From contig OX597820.1 in NCBI GenBank assembly GCA_951406725.2, positions 17,918,001 to 17,982,000 on the forward strand: a stretch of DNA of 64,000 nucleotides, read 5' to 3'. A program made the translations under genes and the position numbers. Under the pieces are notes generated by a model that did not search any database, had not been told where the DNA came from, and worked only from the letters and a program-made list of their open reading frames with translations. The stretch is from Octopus vulgaris. Taxonomy: Eukaryota. Positions 37,580-51,465 of this stretch are shown here, one piece after another (position 1 is the stretch's first letter; each line of letters starts with the position of its first letter).

Positions 37580-37812
37580 TTAAAAATCATTTTCAGCCTT
37601 GAAATATTTCTCATCAAAGTTTGTAAATGCTATCGATATGGTGCCGTTTGAATCGACTTTTGTATGATAGACATTTGTCTTTTTATCTTCTCTTGTATTA
37701 GGCCAAACCACAGATCCATCCAACAGGTTAAATCTCCAACTGTGCCAAGGACACCTGACACATAATGTTCCATTTGGCATTTCTTCAATGTCTCCCATGT
37801 GTAATGGTCCAC
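37580..37812 (-). CDS. RFESD: Rieske domain-containing protein, terminal exon
   Basis: ttattAG|. GGPLHMGDIEEMPNGTLCVRCPWHSWRFNLLDG...AENDF* carries Rieske box II (CxxH). Spliced total 155 aa. GGPLHxGDIE and CPWH match vertebrate RFESD as I recall it. Confidence 0.92.
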
Positions 37813-37892
37813 CTAATAAAATGTATAAAAACAAAAAAAAAGGACAATTAATAAGATACACGAAATATTTGTCATGGCAGAATAGTTATATA

Positions 37893-38403
37893 CCATAAAT
37901 CTTTGTGAATAATCCGCATTTTTTCCCAAAATTTAAAGGTTAAAATCCCTAGTGTGTACTATATAAGAGGTTAAAAATTTTAAATATTTTCTAAGCAATA
38001 TCCGAGTCTCTATTTGCTGTCCGGCAATGTTTATTCAGACGCATTTTGTGATGTCAGGCGCGAAAATACCTTAAGCTAAGCCTGAAAGCAATGAAGAATC
38101 ATCCATAACTTGCAGTAAGCAACATTAATTAAAATAAAAGTATTCAGAACACAGAATAACATGTAACAAAACAATTTGCAAACATATTTACATTCCCATA
38201 TAACAGTTAAGAACATCACCATTATTGTATTACGCATGTGTGGAAGTGTTTATTCGACTAAGTGCTGCTGGTTTAATAACGCATGACTCACGTTAGAGAA
38301 GGAGTGCGTATTATACACAAGGTTTAGCTTTTTCAGAGGTACAACTCCCTAAAAATCTCCTGCATATTATACTCAAGGGCAGACTATACTCGAGGATTTA
38401 CGG
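37893..38403. mobile_element. pogo/Tc2-like MITE (second copy)
   Basis: Colinear with 20520-21040, same ends and TA flanks. Confidence 0.85.
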
Positions 38404-38737
38404 TAAATCTATATAAATCTTGCTGTAGAGGATACTTTTAAAATGCAAGTAATTGTGTAACCCCTAAACAGCAACATATCTGTTCTGCTCCAGCCCTTTT
38501 CTCTCATACTCTACCCCTCTCTACTCCTTATTCTCCTAGCACAGTGGTTCTCAACCTTTTTTTTTTTTACCTAAGGACCGCTTTGATTCCTGCTTTATTC
38601 TAGTGCACCTCCACAGCCATTCAGTGTTTAAAGAAATCCCATTAAATTTTTCTAATTAAATATTAGGAACTGTTTAAAAAAAATTGTTCAAATATTTTGT
38701 GTATTGTAATAAATATTTTGTGTTGGCTCCCATATTG

Positions 38738-39090
38738 ATGGCACGTAAAAAGCACCATTTGAGCATGGTCGATGCCAGTGCTGCCTGACTGGCCCCTGTG
38801 CCAGTGGCACATAAAAAGCACCAGTCGAGCATGGTCGATACCAGTGCTGCCTGACTTTCCCCTGTGCCAGTGGCATGTAAAAAGCACCATTTAAGCGTGG
38901 TTGATGCCAGTGCTGCCTGACTTTCCCCTGTGCCAGTGGCACGTAAAAAGCACCAGTCGAGCATGGTCGATACCAGTGCTGCCTGACTTTCCCCTGTGCC
39001 AGTGACATGTAAAAAGCACCATTCAAGCGTGGTTGATGCCAGTGCTGCCTGACTGGCCCCTGTGTAAGTGGCACATAAAAAGCGCCCACT
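38738..39090. repeat. ~61-bp minisatellite built on GTGGCACGTAAAAAGCACC
   Basis: About 5.5 tandem units with alternating variants. Confidence 0.92.
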
Positions 39091-39885
39091 ACACTATTGG
39101 AGTGGTTGCCATAGAAACCTTGCCAAATTAGACTGGAGCCTGATGCAATAGTAGAGGAGTCAGAGTCAAAGCTTTTTGTTTTGATTCCAAGCCCTGCTTT
39201 AAGTTCCAAATTCAAATACCACCAAAGTCGACTTTGTCTTTCATCCTTTTGGGGTCGAGAAAATAAGTACCAGTTCAGCATTGGAGTTGACCCTAAAATT
39301 TCTGGCCTTGTGCCAAAATTTGAAACCAATAGTTAACATCCTTTTGAACTGGTACAACTGTTAGCAGACCAAGTAAAATGCCTGGCAGCACTTCATCCAT
39401 TTTTACATTCTGAATTCAAATGTTACTGAGGTTTACTTTGCCTTTCATCCTACCAGGGTCAATAAAATAAATACCAGTTTAGCACTGGAGTTGACATAAT
39501 CGACTTACACCCCTTCCCTCAAATTCCTGGCCTTTTGCCAAAATTTGAAACCAAAATTTAACAGGCGTTAAGACCCTAATGATAAAGTTTCCCCAGCTAC
39601 AAAAACACCAATAATTCATGCTAATAACTCTTTCTGATATAGGCACGAGGCCTGAAATTTTGTGGGGAGAGGACTAGTCAATTACACAGACCCAAGTGCA
39701 TAACTGGTACTTAATTTATCGACCCCGAAAGGAGGAAAGGTGAAGTTGACCTCGGCGGAATTTGAACTCAGAATGTAGCAATGGGTGAAATACTGCTAAG
39801 CATTTCGTCCAGCGCTCTAATGATATCTGCCAGCTTGCCACCTTTTTACCAATGTACAAAATACTCAAATCAGGTACGTTTATAA

Positions 39886-41414
39886 GTATAAAAATAGGAT
39901 CACATGCGGTCGTATCGTATAGGGAATACAATCGCACGCGATCCCATTTTTAATTAAATATTACAGACCATATAATACATGCAGCGGCAAATGAACATAA
40001 GTGGAATGACAACAAGATTTCTTTTTGAATTATATACATTATTTCTTTTACATATTTTACAATCATGTTGGTTGGAAGTTTGTAAGTGTTAGCATGTTTT
40101 TGTGTCTGTGTGTTCGTGAGGCATAAAAGGTACCGACCAGAGGAATAACAATGGAATTTGGTTCACAGCTCATGTTGTTGGTATCAGCCTAGCAACAGGT
40201 AGTAGCAGATGGCTTAAGGTAGTTCTTAGAAGAACTAGAACTCGAAACAGATAATTGATTTACCGTTTATGAGGTACACGGAGCGTAAGAGTTCCATATC
40301 AAGATGTTGCGTCTCGTAGTTGAGATTAATTGAATCACTTGTGTTTATCTTTCCCTTTATATGAATATACTTCCAGATGTGTTAACTGTAGCCGTTTTTC
40401 CCGTGGTGAGATCTTCACCTAACCGCTATAGTTGAATCTGTGGTTGTCTTGTGTACAAATTAAATCTTCGATGTTTGGCGATGAGTTGTGTCTGTCGCTT
40501 GGTTTTTGCTGCGTCTTCATCATATATTCTGCTTGGTTATTTTTCTCTTGATATAATGGTGGTCGCCTGCCTTTCGAACTGGAACATGGTCGAGTATGCT
40601 CTGTGTGGTCAGAGGTTCGCCCTGAGAAGGACTTGAACCAAAGACGAACTCTGTGGTCAGAGGTTAGCTCTGAAAAGAACTATAACCTAAGACGAACTCT
40701 GTGGTCAGAGGTTAGCCCTGAGAAGGACTAGAAACCTAAGTCGAACTCTGTGGTCAGAGGTTTAGCTCTGAAAAGAACTAAAAACCTAAGACGAATATTT
40801 GTCTGAGAACCCTTCTTTTATAAGGTTTATGTGGCTCAAAACGAACTTCATAAATGGAAAGCTGTGATTGGTTGCTTGGAACAATGGCGCGAAAATAAGC
40901 GGAGGCAAATCGCGTCATGTGACAACCAGCAGTGCGAACGTAGTAGAGACCACGTGTCAGCCAATCGAATTAGTGTTTACAACAATGTTAAACTAGCCGA
41001 AGATGTTTGTAATCTCGAACGAGATTATTCTTAATACTCTTCTCAAACAGTGAAGATAGCAATGAGTGTAACGATATCGCTACATATAGCCTCTTGCCGT
41101 TTTAGAAAAAAAGGCGATAAAATTGATATTATTATATATATATATATCCTTGTTAATGTCTCATTTATACCTGCCTTATATGGCTTATAGGTTAAATGAG
41201 GCATGCTTGCCCTTACTGCCGAAACAGCTGTCAGATATGATATAATTACATATTATATTTTATATTTCTATTTCCTTGTCTAATTATATTTACAACATAT
41301 TTTGTATAATGCCTTTACTGTTATGTAATGGTGTAATAAAGTATTGATTGGGTATCATCTGTTGGTTGATGTTTGATTGATTTAAGTATGTTTCTCCATT
41401 TTCTAATTTTGTAG

Positions 41415-41446
<32 letters not shown>

Positions 41447-41707
41447 TTTCTTAAAAAGTTCCTTCTTTAGCGTTCTCTTGTGTCAATTCCGTAACTTATG
41501 TATAAAAATAGGATCACATGCGGTCGTATCGTATAGGGAATACAATCGCACGCGATCCCATTCTTAATTAAATATTACAGACCATATAATACATGCAGCG
41601 GCAAATGCACATAAGTGGAATGACAACAAGATTTCTTTTTGAATTATATACATTATTTCTTTTACATATTTTACAATCATGTTGGTTGGAAGTTTGTAAG
41701 TGTTAGC
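39886..41707 (-). mobile_element. Non-coding element bounded by 208-bp direct repeats (LTR/pLTR-like)
   Basis: 39886-40093 and 41500-41707 differ at 2 positions by eye. Internal TATA/CCAAT and ~49-bp tandem repeats. Confidence 0.6.
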
Positions 41708-42219
41708 GTGAGAAAAAGAATGTCTAGAAACATTTCATAGAGATACAAACTGTGTATTTGCACTACTCTATCCAGGCTTGGATTTAAAACAATGAATAGT
41801 TGCTGATCTCAAGGACAGTTTTTAGGTTTTTAGGTCAGAGTTTATACAATAATATAGCATTGACATTCATTATTTTTCAGCTTAATTCATAGTTTGATCT
41901 CTGACCTTACAATATAACAAACTTCCTTTTTCTCTCTTTCTCTCTTATGCACACATTGCAAAATGTCATTATTGTTAACAAGAGATATTTCAATTCACAT
42001 GTGAAATTATACACTGTTTTGTTAACCTTTTTTTATATCGAACTACCCAAGACTGCCCATACTTATATGATGTTACAAACTACCCAGTTAAAAGGGGTCT
42101 GAATTTAAAACTGAAAAAAAAAAAAAACTTCCATGAGTGGCTGTGTGGTAATTTATGAAGATGTAAGCACACCAACATCGGTTGTCAAGCAATAGTGGAG
42201 GGACAAACACAGACACACA

Positions 42220-42274
<55 letters not shown>

Positions 42275-43799
42275 TTATATATCCTCCTCATCATCATCAT
42301 CGTTTAGCGTCCGTTTTCCATGCTAGCATATCTTCTCTTTATATATATATATAAAAGGGTAAAGACCCCCTTCAGTCATGAATGACCATGGGATTGCACC
42401 TAGAAAGTTACCCTCCTAGACACAAGTCCGGGCAAGGTTGTTTTTATGGAAGACCAGCAGTCGCCCATGCATACCAGCCTCCCCTCTCCACGCCACCAGT
42501 GTTATCCAAGGGAAAGACAAAGGCTGATACAGCTTGGCACCAGTGACGTTGCAACTCATTTCTACAGCTGAGTGAACTGGAGCAACGTGAAATAAAGTGC
42601 CTTGCTCAAGAACACAACACGCAGCCCGGTCCGGGATTCGAGCTCACAACCTCACGATCGTAAGCTCGACGCTCTAACCACTGAGCCATGCGCCTTCACT
42701 ATATATATGTAAAAGAGAAGAAAATGGATATAATAACAATGGGAAACTCAATGGTTTATGCTGGCATGTCTTTAATTAAATAGGTAACAAAGAAGTAAGA
42801 AGCAGATGGGCTTGGGCTTCTTTCAGTTTCCGTCTACCAAATCCACTCACAAGGCTTTGGTTGGTCCAAGGCTATATTAGAAGACATTTGCTTAAAGTTC
42901 CACGCAATGGGGCTGAACCCAGAATCATGTGGTTGGGAAGCAAGCTACTTAATACACAGCCACTCCTGCACCTATATATATCATCATCATCATCATCATC
43001 ATCATCCGTTCTCCATGCTAGCATGGGTTGGACAGTTCGACCGGGGATCTGGGAAGCCAGAAGGCTGCACCAGGCTCCATTCTGATCTGGCAGTGTTTCT
43101 ACAGCTGGTTGCCCTTCCTAACGCCAACCACTCCATGAGTGTAGTGGGTGCTTTATATATATGAATTAGATGTAAAGATTCAACAGAACCTAAGCACATC
43201 AACATATAGGATGCCATAAATGGCTAGGAACAATAACGTATTAAGCAACAAGAGAGATATCACATGCTGGTAGGACAGTGCAGATATGTGAGCATCAAAT
43301 ACAATTTAAACTGTAGATTTGACTACAGGGTTGGTTCCAGGTGTGGCACAGGTACACAAATGGTGTTTAAGTGCCATTTGGGTTCTCTTTTTATATATAT
43401 ACTAGCAGTATCGCCCGGCGTTGCTCGGGTTTGTAAGGGAAATAACTATATAAGCATTTTTAGAGAGTTACTTCCCTTATATAATAGCAAAAAAATGCAT
43501 TAAAATGGGAAAAAATGATGGTAAATTTTTTTTTAAATCGTAGACTCATCATAGACGCACGCTAATACCCAGAAGGGCTCGATATGAATCACGACTATAA
43601 GATACCCGCTTTTGGTTAAACTGCACCGCAAAATGTGGGAGTTTCCAGTTACCAAAATTTCCAAACAAGGCATTGTATCAGTCTGGAGCTATAGTAAGAT
43701 ACACTTGCCCAAGGTGCCACACAGTGGGGCTGAACCTAAAACAGCGAGATTACAAAGCAAGCTTCTTAAACAAACAAATAAAAGAAAAGGGCAACGTAC

Positions 43800-43970
43800 C
43801 AGAATGTGGACATTTGTCGTCAATGGCGTAAATAGTGTCTTTATGTTTGAATAAAGCAACTGACTTCTCGTTGCAATTTACCAGTGCTCCTTTTGTATCG
43901 TTAGAGGTGTTTTTAATTGTGGCAAATTTCAATTTGCATTTATGTAATGACTGATTCCAGTCAGACAAAT
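43800..43970 (-). CDS. RFESD: Rieske domain-containing protein, exon 2
   Basis: tttcAG| ... g|GTACGT, 171 nt. DLSDWNQ...SVALFKHKDTIYAIDDKCPHSG carries Rieske box I (CxH). Confidence 0.9.
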
Positions 43971-46900
43971 CTGAAAAGAAAGGGGGGGAAAAAAAGCATG
44001 ATTAGAAAACATCAATATTACTGTTAATATGAAGAGCAAGCTGGCAGAATCATTAGCACACTGGATGAAATGCTTAGCAGTATTTCGCCCGTCGCTACAT
44101 TCTGAGTTCAAATTCCGCTGAGGTCAACTTTGCTTTTCATCCTTTCGGGGTTGATAAATTAAGTACCAGTGAAACACTGGGGTTGATGTAATTGACTGTC
44201 CCCCTCCCCCAAATTTCAGGCCTTGTGTCTATAATAGAAAGGATTATTGTGATGTTGTATGAAGTCGTGGCTGTGTGGTAAGTAGCTTGCTTACGAACCA
44301 CATGGTTCCGGGTTCAGTCCCACTGCGTGGCACCTTGGGCAAGTGTCTTCTACTATAGCCTCGGGCTAACCAAAGCCTTGTGAGTGGATTTGGTAGACGG
44401 AAACTGAAAGAAGCCCGTCGTATATATATGTGTATGTGTGTGTTTGTGTCTGTGTTTGTCCACCCAACATCGCTTGACAACCGATGGTGTGTTTACGTCC
44501 CCGTAACTTAGCGGTTCGGCAAAAGAGACTGATAGAATAAGTACTAGGCTTACAAAGAATAAGTCCTGGGGTTGATTTGCTCAACTAAAGGTGGTGCTCC
44601 AGCATAGCCACAGTCAAATGACTGAAACAAGTTAAAGAGTAAAGAGAGTAATTGCTATGATAAAGGCGTAGGCCTGGCTGTGTGGTAAGAAGTCTGCTAG
44701 CCAACCACATGGTTCACTTTTCCAGGCTTGTACAGATCAGATGGAATTTGTAGAGGCACATTTTCTATTGGTTTGGCTGGATGCCCTTCCTGTAGCTAAC
44801 CTTCACCTGTTTGCTGCCAAGGCAATATTTTTCCATGAACAGACATGTTTTTATAGAAGACTGGAAATGAATACCACTTGTATATTATTTTGTTTGTAAT
44901 TCTAAAATGAAAAATATAATTTCTTAATTATATATAATGAAAATAATAAAAGTTGACAATTTTTTTTATAGGTGCAGGAGTGGCTGTGTGGTAAATAGCT
45001 TACTTACGAACCACATGGTTTTGGATTCAGTCCCACTGCGTGGCACCTTGGGAAAGTGTCTTCTACTATAGCCTCGGGCCAACCAAAGCCTTGTGAGTGG
45101 ATTTGGTAGACGGAAACTGAAAGAGAAAACTGATGCTGGTGTGTTTACATCCCTATAACTTAGTGGTTCAGCAAAAGAGAAAGATAGAATAAGTACTAGG
45201 CTTACAAAGAATAAGTCCTGGGGGCAATTTGCTTGACTAAATGTGGTGTTCCAGCATGGCCACAGTCAAATGACTGAAACAAGTAAAAGAGATATTTATT
45301 CTGTAAACAAATAATACAATATTACATAAGCATTTTAAAATGTTTCTTTTTCTGGAAACTGGCCGTGTATTGGCAGCTGATGGCTCGCAGACCAGCACCC
45401 GTCCACAGGCCACCACTTTGATTAGCACTGATCTACATCACCAAAATGCATGAAGAAATAGAGTAAAAGTGCATGAAATAAACATCCTGGTACTTACTCT
45501 AACAGTCTCTTTTGTTGAACCACTAAGTTCGGGGACATAAACAAACCAGCATTGATTATCAAGCAGTAGTGTATGTGTGTCAACCAAAATAAAAACATTT
45601 GCCCAAAGTACCACACAGTGGGACTGAACCTAAGAACACATTAAAGATTATCCATTTTTTCTGAAAGTTATGAGGAAACAAATGAATCATGTAAATTATC
45701 CGAAATCCTCTAACCAGTCTCATTAAAAAAAGTTTTTCAGAAGTTCCTACATATTCATAAACTACACAATCTGAATAGTATTTGTAGATCAAGGTATTTG
45801 TAGGAAAATAAAAATTAGGTATAAGCGGAAATTTTACCGGTGAGTTTGTTAAATTATAAGGCACAAAAGGAAAATGACTCTCCCCAGACAACAGAATTTG
45901 TAGAAAATTTCATTCAAAAATACCCCTTTTTCAAAAAGTTATGGAGAAACAAATTCAATTAGAGTGTGGACACACTTCCATAGTTATGCCCATATTTGTA
46001 CATGATTGCTATTTTGGTTTTTCCATTTGTATGGGGTGGGGTGCACAATGAGTCATAGTTATTGCATTTATGACTTTGAAAAAAGATATGTTTTTTTTTG
46101 TTTTTTTACAAATAGTAGCACACCTGTCTCTGTCTTCATTCCTGATCTTTCTCTCTCTGGTTGGGTAACCTTATACTTCCTCTACAGCAAGACACCTGTA
46201 TTTGTCTCACTATAACCTTATAATCTTCACCTCCTCCAAAGCCTTCTCCTCTCTTAAAAGATTTTTTTTTTCATGTCTTGCAAGTACTTGGTGACCCTGT
46301 CAGTGCAGGTGCCACTTAAAATCACCCCAGTCCATACTGTAAAGTGGTTGGTATTCAGAAGAGCATCTAGCTATAAAAACCTTGCCCAAACTGACCTCGC
46401 TTATGTTTGTGCTACATATAAAAAGCACTGCTCACCTAGCCTTTGCTTGTGCCACATAAAAAGCACTAAGTCCACTCTGCTGAGTGGTTGCTGTTAGGAA
46501 GGGTATCCAGCTTAAAAATCCTGCCAAAACAGTCACAGAAGTCTTGGTGCAGGCTTTGGCCTGGCCAGCTCTTGTGGTACTGTCCCTCCCGTGCTAGCAT
46601 GGTAGACCAATGTTAAACGATGATGATGATGATCACTACCTTACAAAAACTCTGTCAGCTAAGCAAAATGACCTCTAAACGCATTAAAACACTGCAACAT
46701 AAGCTGAACACTATTTCAGAAAATTATCACCATTCTCTTTGAAGACACATTTAGCTGGGGCAAAATGAGTAAGACAAATTAAGGTTAATTTGCTTCAATT
46801 TTACAGAATTCCATTTGAAAACAGACCCATACACATCAATATCCATCAGAAATTCAAAAAAAAAAATTAATATTAATGTCAAATGAAAGAGGACAATAGA

Positions 46901-48589
46901 AAAAGGGTACATGATATGAAATTTATGAAACTTGACTAACTCTAAAACTCGAAAGAAAATATTCTCTGTAACTTCAACCTGATCTGCTGGAGTGGCTCTC
47001 TTTGTAATATATTTAAACACTACACAGTTAAAGAGAATATTGAAATTACTCATTTTACCCCATTTTAGACAATTGTTTTGAAACTTGAAAATTATCAAAT
47101 TTGACATTACTGTGGTAAAAAAAAAATAACTTGAAATCCAACAGAGAAAAGAATCTTGATTGTTAAACACCAGAAATTATCCAGACATCTTATTAGCAAC
47201 CTCAATTACAATTGGGTCAAAGTTAAGGAAAAATTTCTTGAAAACAAAAAAGCACCTGACCAATTTTTACTCCCAAAGATGACGAAATAAAACAAAATTA
47301 TGATGTAATGATTTCAAACAGGAAAAATATAAAAGAAATCAGAAATTACTCATTTTGCCCCACCTGCCATTTTGGACCCCCGTCCCCTAATTTTGAGTTT
47401 GAGGTTGTAATATAATGAGCCATGGTTGAATGTCTATCGAATTAAATGGAAAATATGTTCCTATTTTCACCCCACCCCATATTTTTTTTCTGTGTTACGT
47501 ATATTGTCGACAATACTAACGTACAAATTTCTTTCCTTTCAATATTGCAAACGAATGACTGACAATAACAACTTTTTTGTTAAAGATTATAATAAGAAAT
47601 TTTATTTATATTTAAATAAATAACTGCTTTCTACAATAGGCACAAGGTCTCGATATGAGTCCCACTTACATCACAGGTATTTGTTTACATTTGAAGAAGA
47701 TCGTCACTTTCCGTAAAATTTTTATTTGTTTATATATGTGGGATTAGGGTTAGGGGTAGGGTAAAGGGTATCCTTTTTCTTCAGAAATGTAAATAAACCC
47801 ACGTGGGTTTACCAAGTGACAGTTATGTTACTAGTGACGAATGATCGCCCGGCCTCGGCGGAATTAGAACTCAGAACGTAACGACGGACGAAATACTGCG
47901 AAGCAACAAAGAACGCAGCGTTTCGGAACACACACTCTCTCTCATAATTAACCAAAAAGGTTAAAGAATCTTTCAAAAACTAAACAAATTTTTTCTGATT
48001 TTTTTGGGTTTTTTTTGATAAATAGAAGAGTTTCTTTATATATATTTAATATTCAGTTGAAAGGGGGGTTTCTCCGAAGAAAAGAAAATATTAAAAAAAA
48101 ATTTTTTCCTAATTTTTTTTTTACACTTTCTTTTCTTTGTTTCGGGATACGGAACTGACCGTAACTTTTACATTTCAGGAATGTTCTTTTTTTCCCCAAA
48201 AAAATTGAGTTGAGATATATTTTGAACAGAAGATATCAATTTTTAAAGCAAAACAAAATAATAATACTGCCTCATCCATAGGTCGTCCAGAAATGAGGGG
48301 GCTCTGGTTACGTTTAGAATTGAAAAAAAAATTTACTAAATATAGAAAAAATTATAGCCAGTTCCGAGATATTAGTTTTAAAATAAATTGTTTCTTTATA
48401 AATAGAAATACTTATTCAGTTGAAAGTGGGTTTTCCCAAAGAAAATTTTTTTTTCAGAAAATAATACTTTTTTTAAACACCTTTTCTCCGTTTCAGGTTA
48501 CGGAACTGAACTGGTCGTAACTTTGACATTGTTTTTGTTTTCAAAAACTTTGAGTTGAGATCTATTTTGAACAGAGGATAACGATTCTT

Positions 48590-48671
<82 letters not shown>

Positions 48672-51465
48672 TAATAATAATAAAGAAAGAAAATAAAAAT
48701 AGTACTATCTCGTCTCTAAATGAAGACACCCATAAATGAGGTGTCGAAGTTTGCAAAGGAAATAACGAGAAATTTTGAGAAAAAAACTATCAGCAAAAAA
48801 CAATAAAAAATGTTTCTTTATAAAGAGAAAAATTTATTCAGTTGAAAGTGGGTTTTTTATGTATTTATTTAATTTGAAGCATTAAGAAAATTCATGTTAA
48901 TAATTTATGAAGAACTAAGATAATCCTTTAAGTGTCCTTTGGCCACAATATTTTAATCTTTGAGAAGGTGACAAAGAAAAAAAGAAAACAACAGCAACTT
49001 CTCTTCCGTTTCTGCTTTATTTACTGTACAACTCAGCTCAATCTTAAATCAGTTTTTATATCCCCCGACAGTAAACCAAGTTGAAAAGATTTCAATACCC
49101 CACACTCCACATTTAAAATATCTGACGTTACAAAATAAAGAATGGTGACCCGTCAAGAGTCCTATGTTTCATCAGGCAATTTTCTAAATCAAATGTCTTG
49201 TCTAGCTATTTTCTGAGTCTAGCCATTTTCTAAGCTGATTGTTTCCGTTTCTGAAATCTCACACTGGCTCGTTATATAACCATTACATCACTTGATCCAA
49301 GTTTTATTTTTGTGTCGCTAACGATGCGTAAAGAATTCATCAAAATGACTTAGGGCGATGTTGTACTTCAAAGGTTTTTAAAGCTTGCTTTATAGTTCCT
49401 TCAGGGCTGTGAACGTGCTCAGTCACATTGGCATGGATACCAGTTAACGAATGGGACATGTATGACAAACTAAAGAAATTCTATACCAGAGGTCCATAAC
49501 CCCTTTTTTTTTTCTTTTTGGTAGCGCACTCCTCTTAAATAATTATTATGCCTGGTGCCCACCTAAGTGGCAACTGAAGAAATGGATACCCTAAGCTTTT
49601 AACAGTGAAATAAGAAAAACTAATAAAGACAGAACTTGTAAATTTTCATTATACATGTCGACTTCCCTGTGCCTGATGAGATTTCATTTTATCTTGACAA
49701 CCATCACTAGTTTTATCATGTATAAGTAGTAATTATATTATCTCTCTCTATATAAAGCTGAAGTTGTCTGTGTGTGGCATGTTTGGTATCCTTCAACTAA
49801 CACTATCTCCTCCGAGACCCTGTGGCGCAAGTTGACCAAAATTGAGAGTATGATAGAAGAAGGCTTGCTTTTCATTCCGTAGAAGAAAAAAATTCAAATC
49901 GGACCATGTTAACACCAAAAATTATTTACATCAAAAAGATGCTTTTTTTTTCTATGAAAATCCCTAATTTTTTGACTGCTGTGTCGCCATTTTTCGGTGT
50001 ATTTCAACCAGAAAAATGTTCACTTAAAGAGAATAACAAGCTACATGATGCAAAATTTTTACTTTTCAAAAATTCCAATACTAAAGGGTCGAAACAAGCC
50101 CGAGCAATGCTGGGCTATACTGCTGGTTATATTACGATAAAACTATAGGTAAAATTTAGTACGTTAATTATGTCACGCCATCGCCTCCTAAAGCCTATTA
50201 CCCCCTTCGACATGTCCAGTGATATTTTGGAGATGGAAAGCCCATGTTGAATATTTCTGTCCTACACAAATGTACCCCGCACCCCTGATTTTGTTTCCCT
50301 ATAACTTTCAGGAAAATGTTTTGTTTTTTTTAATGAAATGTTCTACAAATACTTTTGAGATTATGTAGACCACAATTATATCAGAGTTTAATGTAAGAAA
50401 AACATTAGTGGACGTTTACATATACATACTGACGCCCATCACAGTTTTTCAAGTTACGTGGGTGAATGACGCCATCGTGTATATCGATGGCGTCATTCAC
50501 CCTCTTTTTCAGCCTAGCCTCTTTACTTGTCATAAGAGAACGCGTGAATGACGTCATCTACTAATACCGAAGGATTGGCACACACACTTTTTTTTTCACA
50601 TAAAATTCCGATGTAATATGTACACCATACGAAACATAATTGTGGAAAATTTTACAAAACAAAAAAATATCCATTTTTCTGAGTTATGAGGAAACAAAAG
50701 TTGATGGTAACGCAGCATAAACTAACAGATGTGTGCCTCCGCTTCGACTTTGTTTCCTCATATCTTCCAGAAAAATGGACATTTTTTAATAAAAATTTCA
50801 CTAAATGCGCTTCAAACTGTATAGATTACGATTATATATCGGAATTTTATGAGAAAGAACTGTTTTTTTTTAAATGGGGAGTTGGGGGCTGGAATAATTC
50901 ACACACCTCATCAAAGCTTAAGTGGAAATAAAGCTGAGATATTTGAAGTCTCCGACTCCACCACAAAATTTTGTTTCACGTCAAATTCCGACATAATCTA
51001 CACCATCTGAAAATATTTGTAGAAATGTTTACTAAAAAAAAAAAAAAACTCAGTTTTCAAAAAGTTATGAGGAAACAAATCAAGATGTGTGAATTATCTG
51101 AGACTCCCCCTCGTCCACCCAAAAAATAGTTTTTCTCAACAAATTTTGATATAAACCCCTAATCTACTCCATCTAAAAATGTACCTCTGTAAAATTTCAT
51201 TCAAAACTATGCAATTTTCAAAAAGTTATGAGGTAACAAAGTTAGACTGGGCACACATCTTTAATTTATGTTTTTCATAATATCGTCAACAGCTTACATT
51301 TTTTTTATTATTTCAAATATATTCGTTAATATAAAGGAAACACAATTCACGCCAGAGTGGTCTTAACAGCATTATTGTCATCCGGGTTTAAACAATACAC
51401 CGAGGACTAAATATCTATTCGCTAACAGCAAGCTAACAGCTAATTTTGGGGCCCTAGACTCGTGG

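Noticed and set aside
38738-39090. Repeat-spacer-like array (also 17760-17915) and the overlapping 213-aa ORF
   Set aside because: The apparent spacers are homologous to each other, and the ORF is a translation of the tandem repeat.
40419-40587. Minus-strand sORF after the element's TATA box
   Set aside because: On careful reading it stops after 16 codons.
48718-48752. TGAAGACACC...GGTGTCGAAG hammerhead-like hairpin
   Set aside because: Lacks C3 and the GAAA box, and has no stems I/III.
49673-49702. CTGATGAG followed by a short stem
   Set aside because: No GAAA box at the required position.
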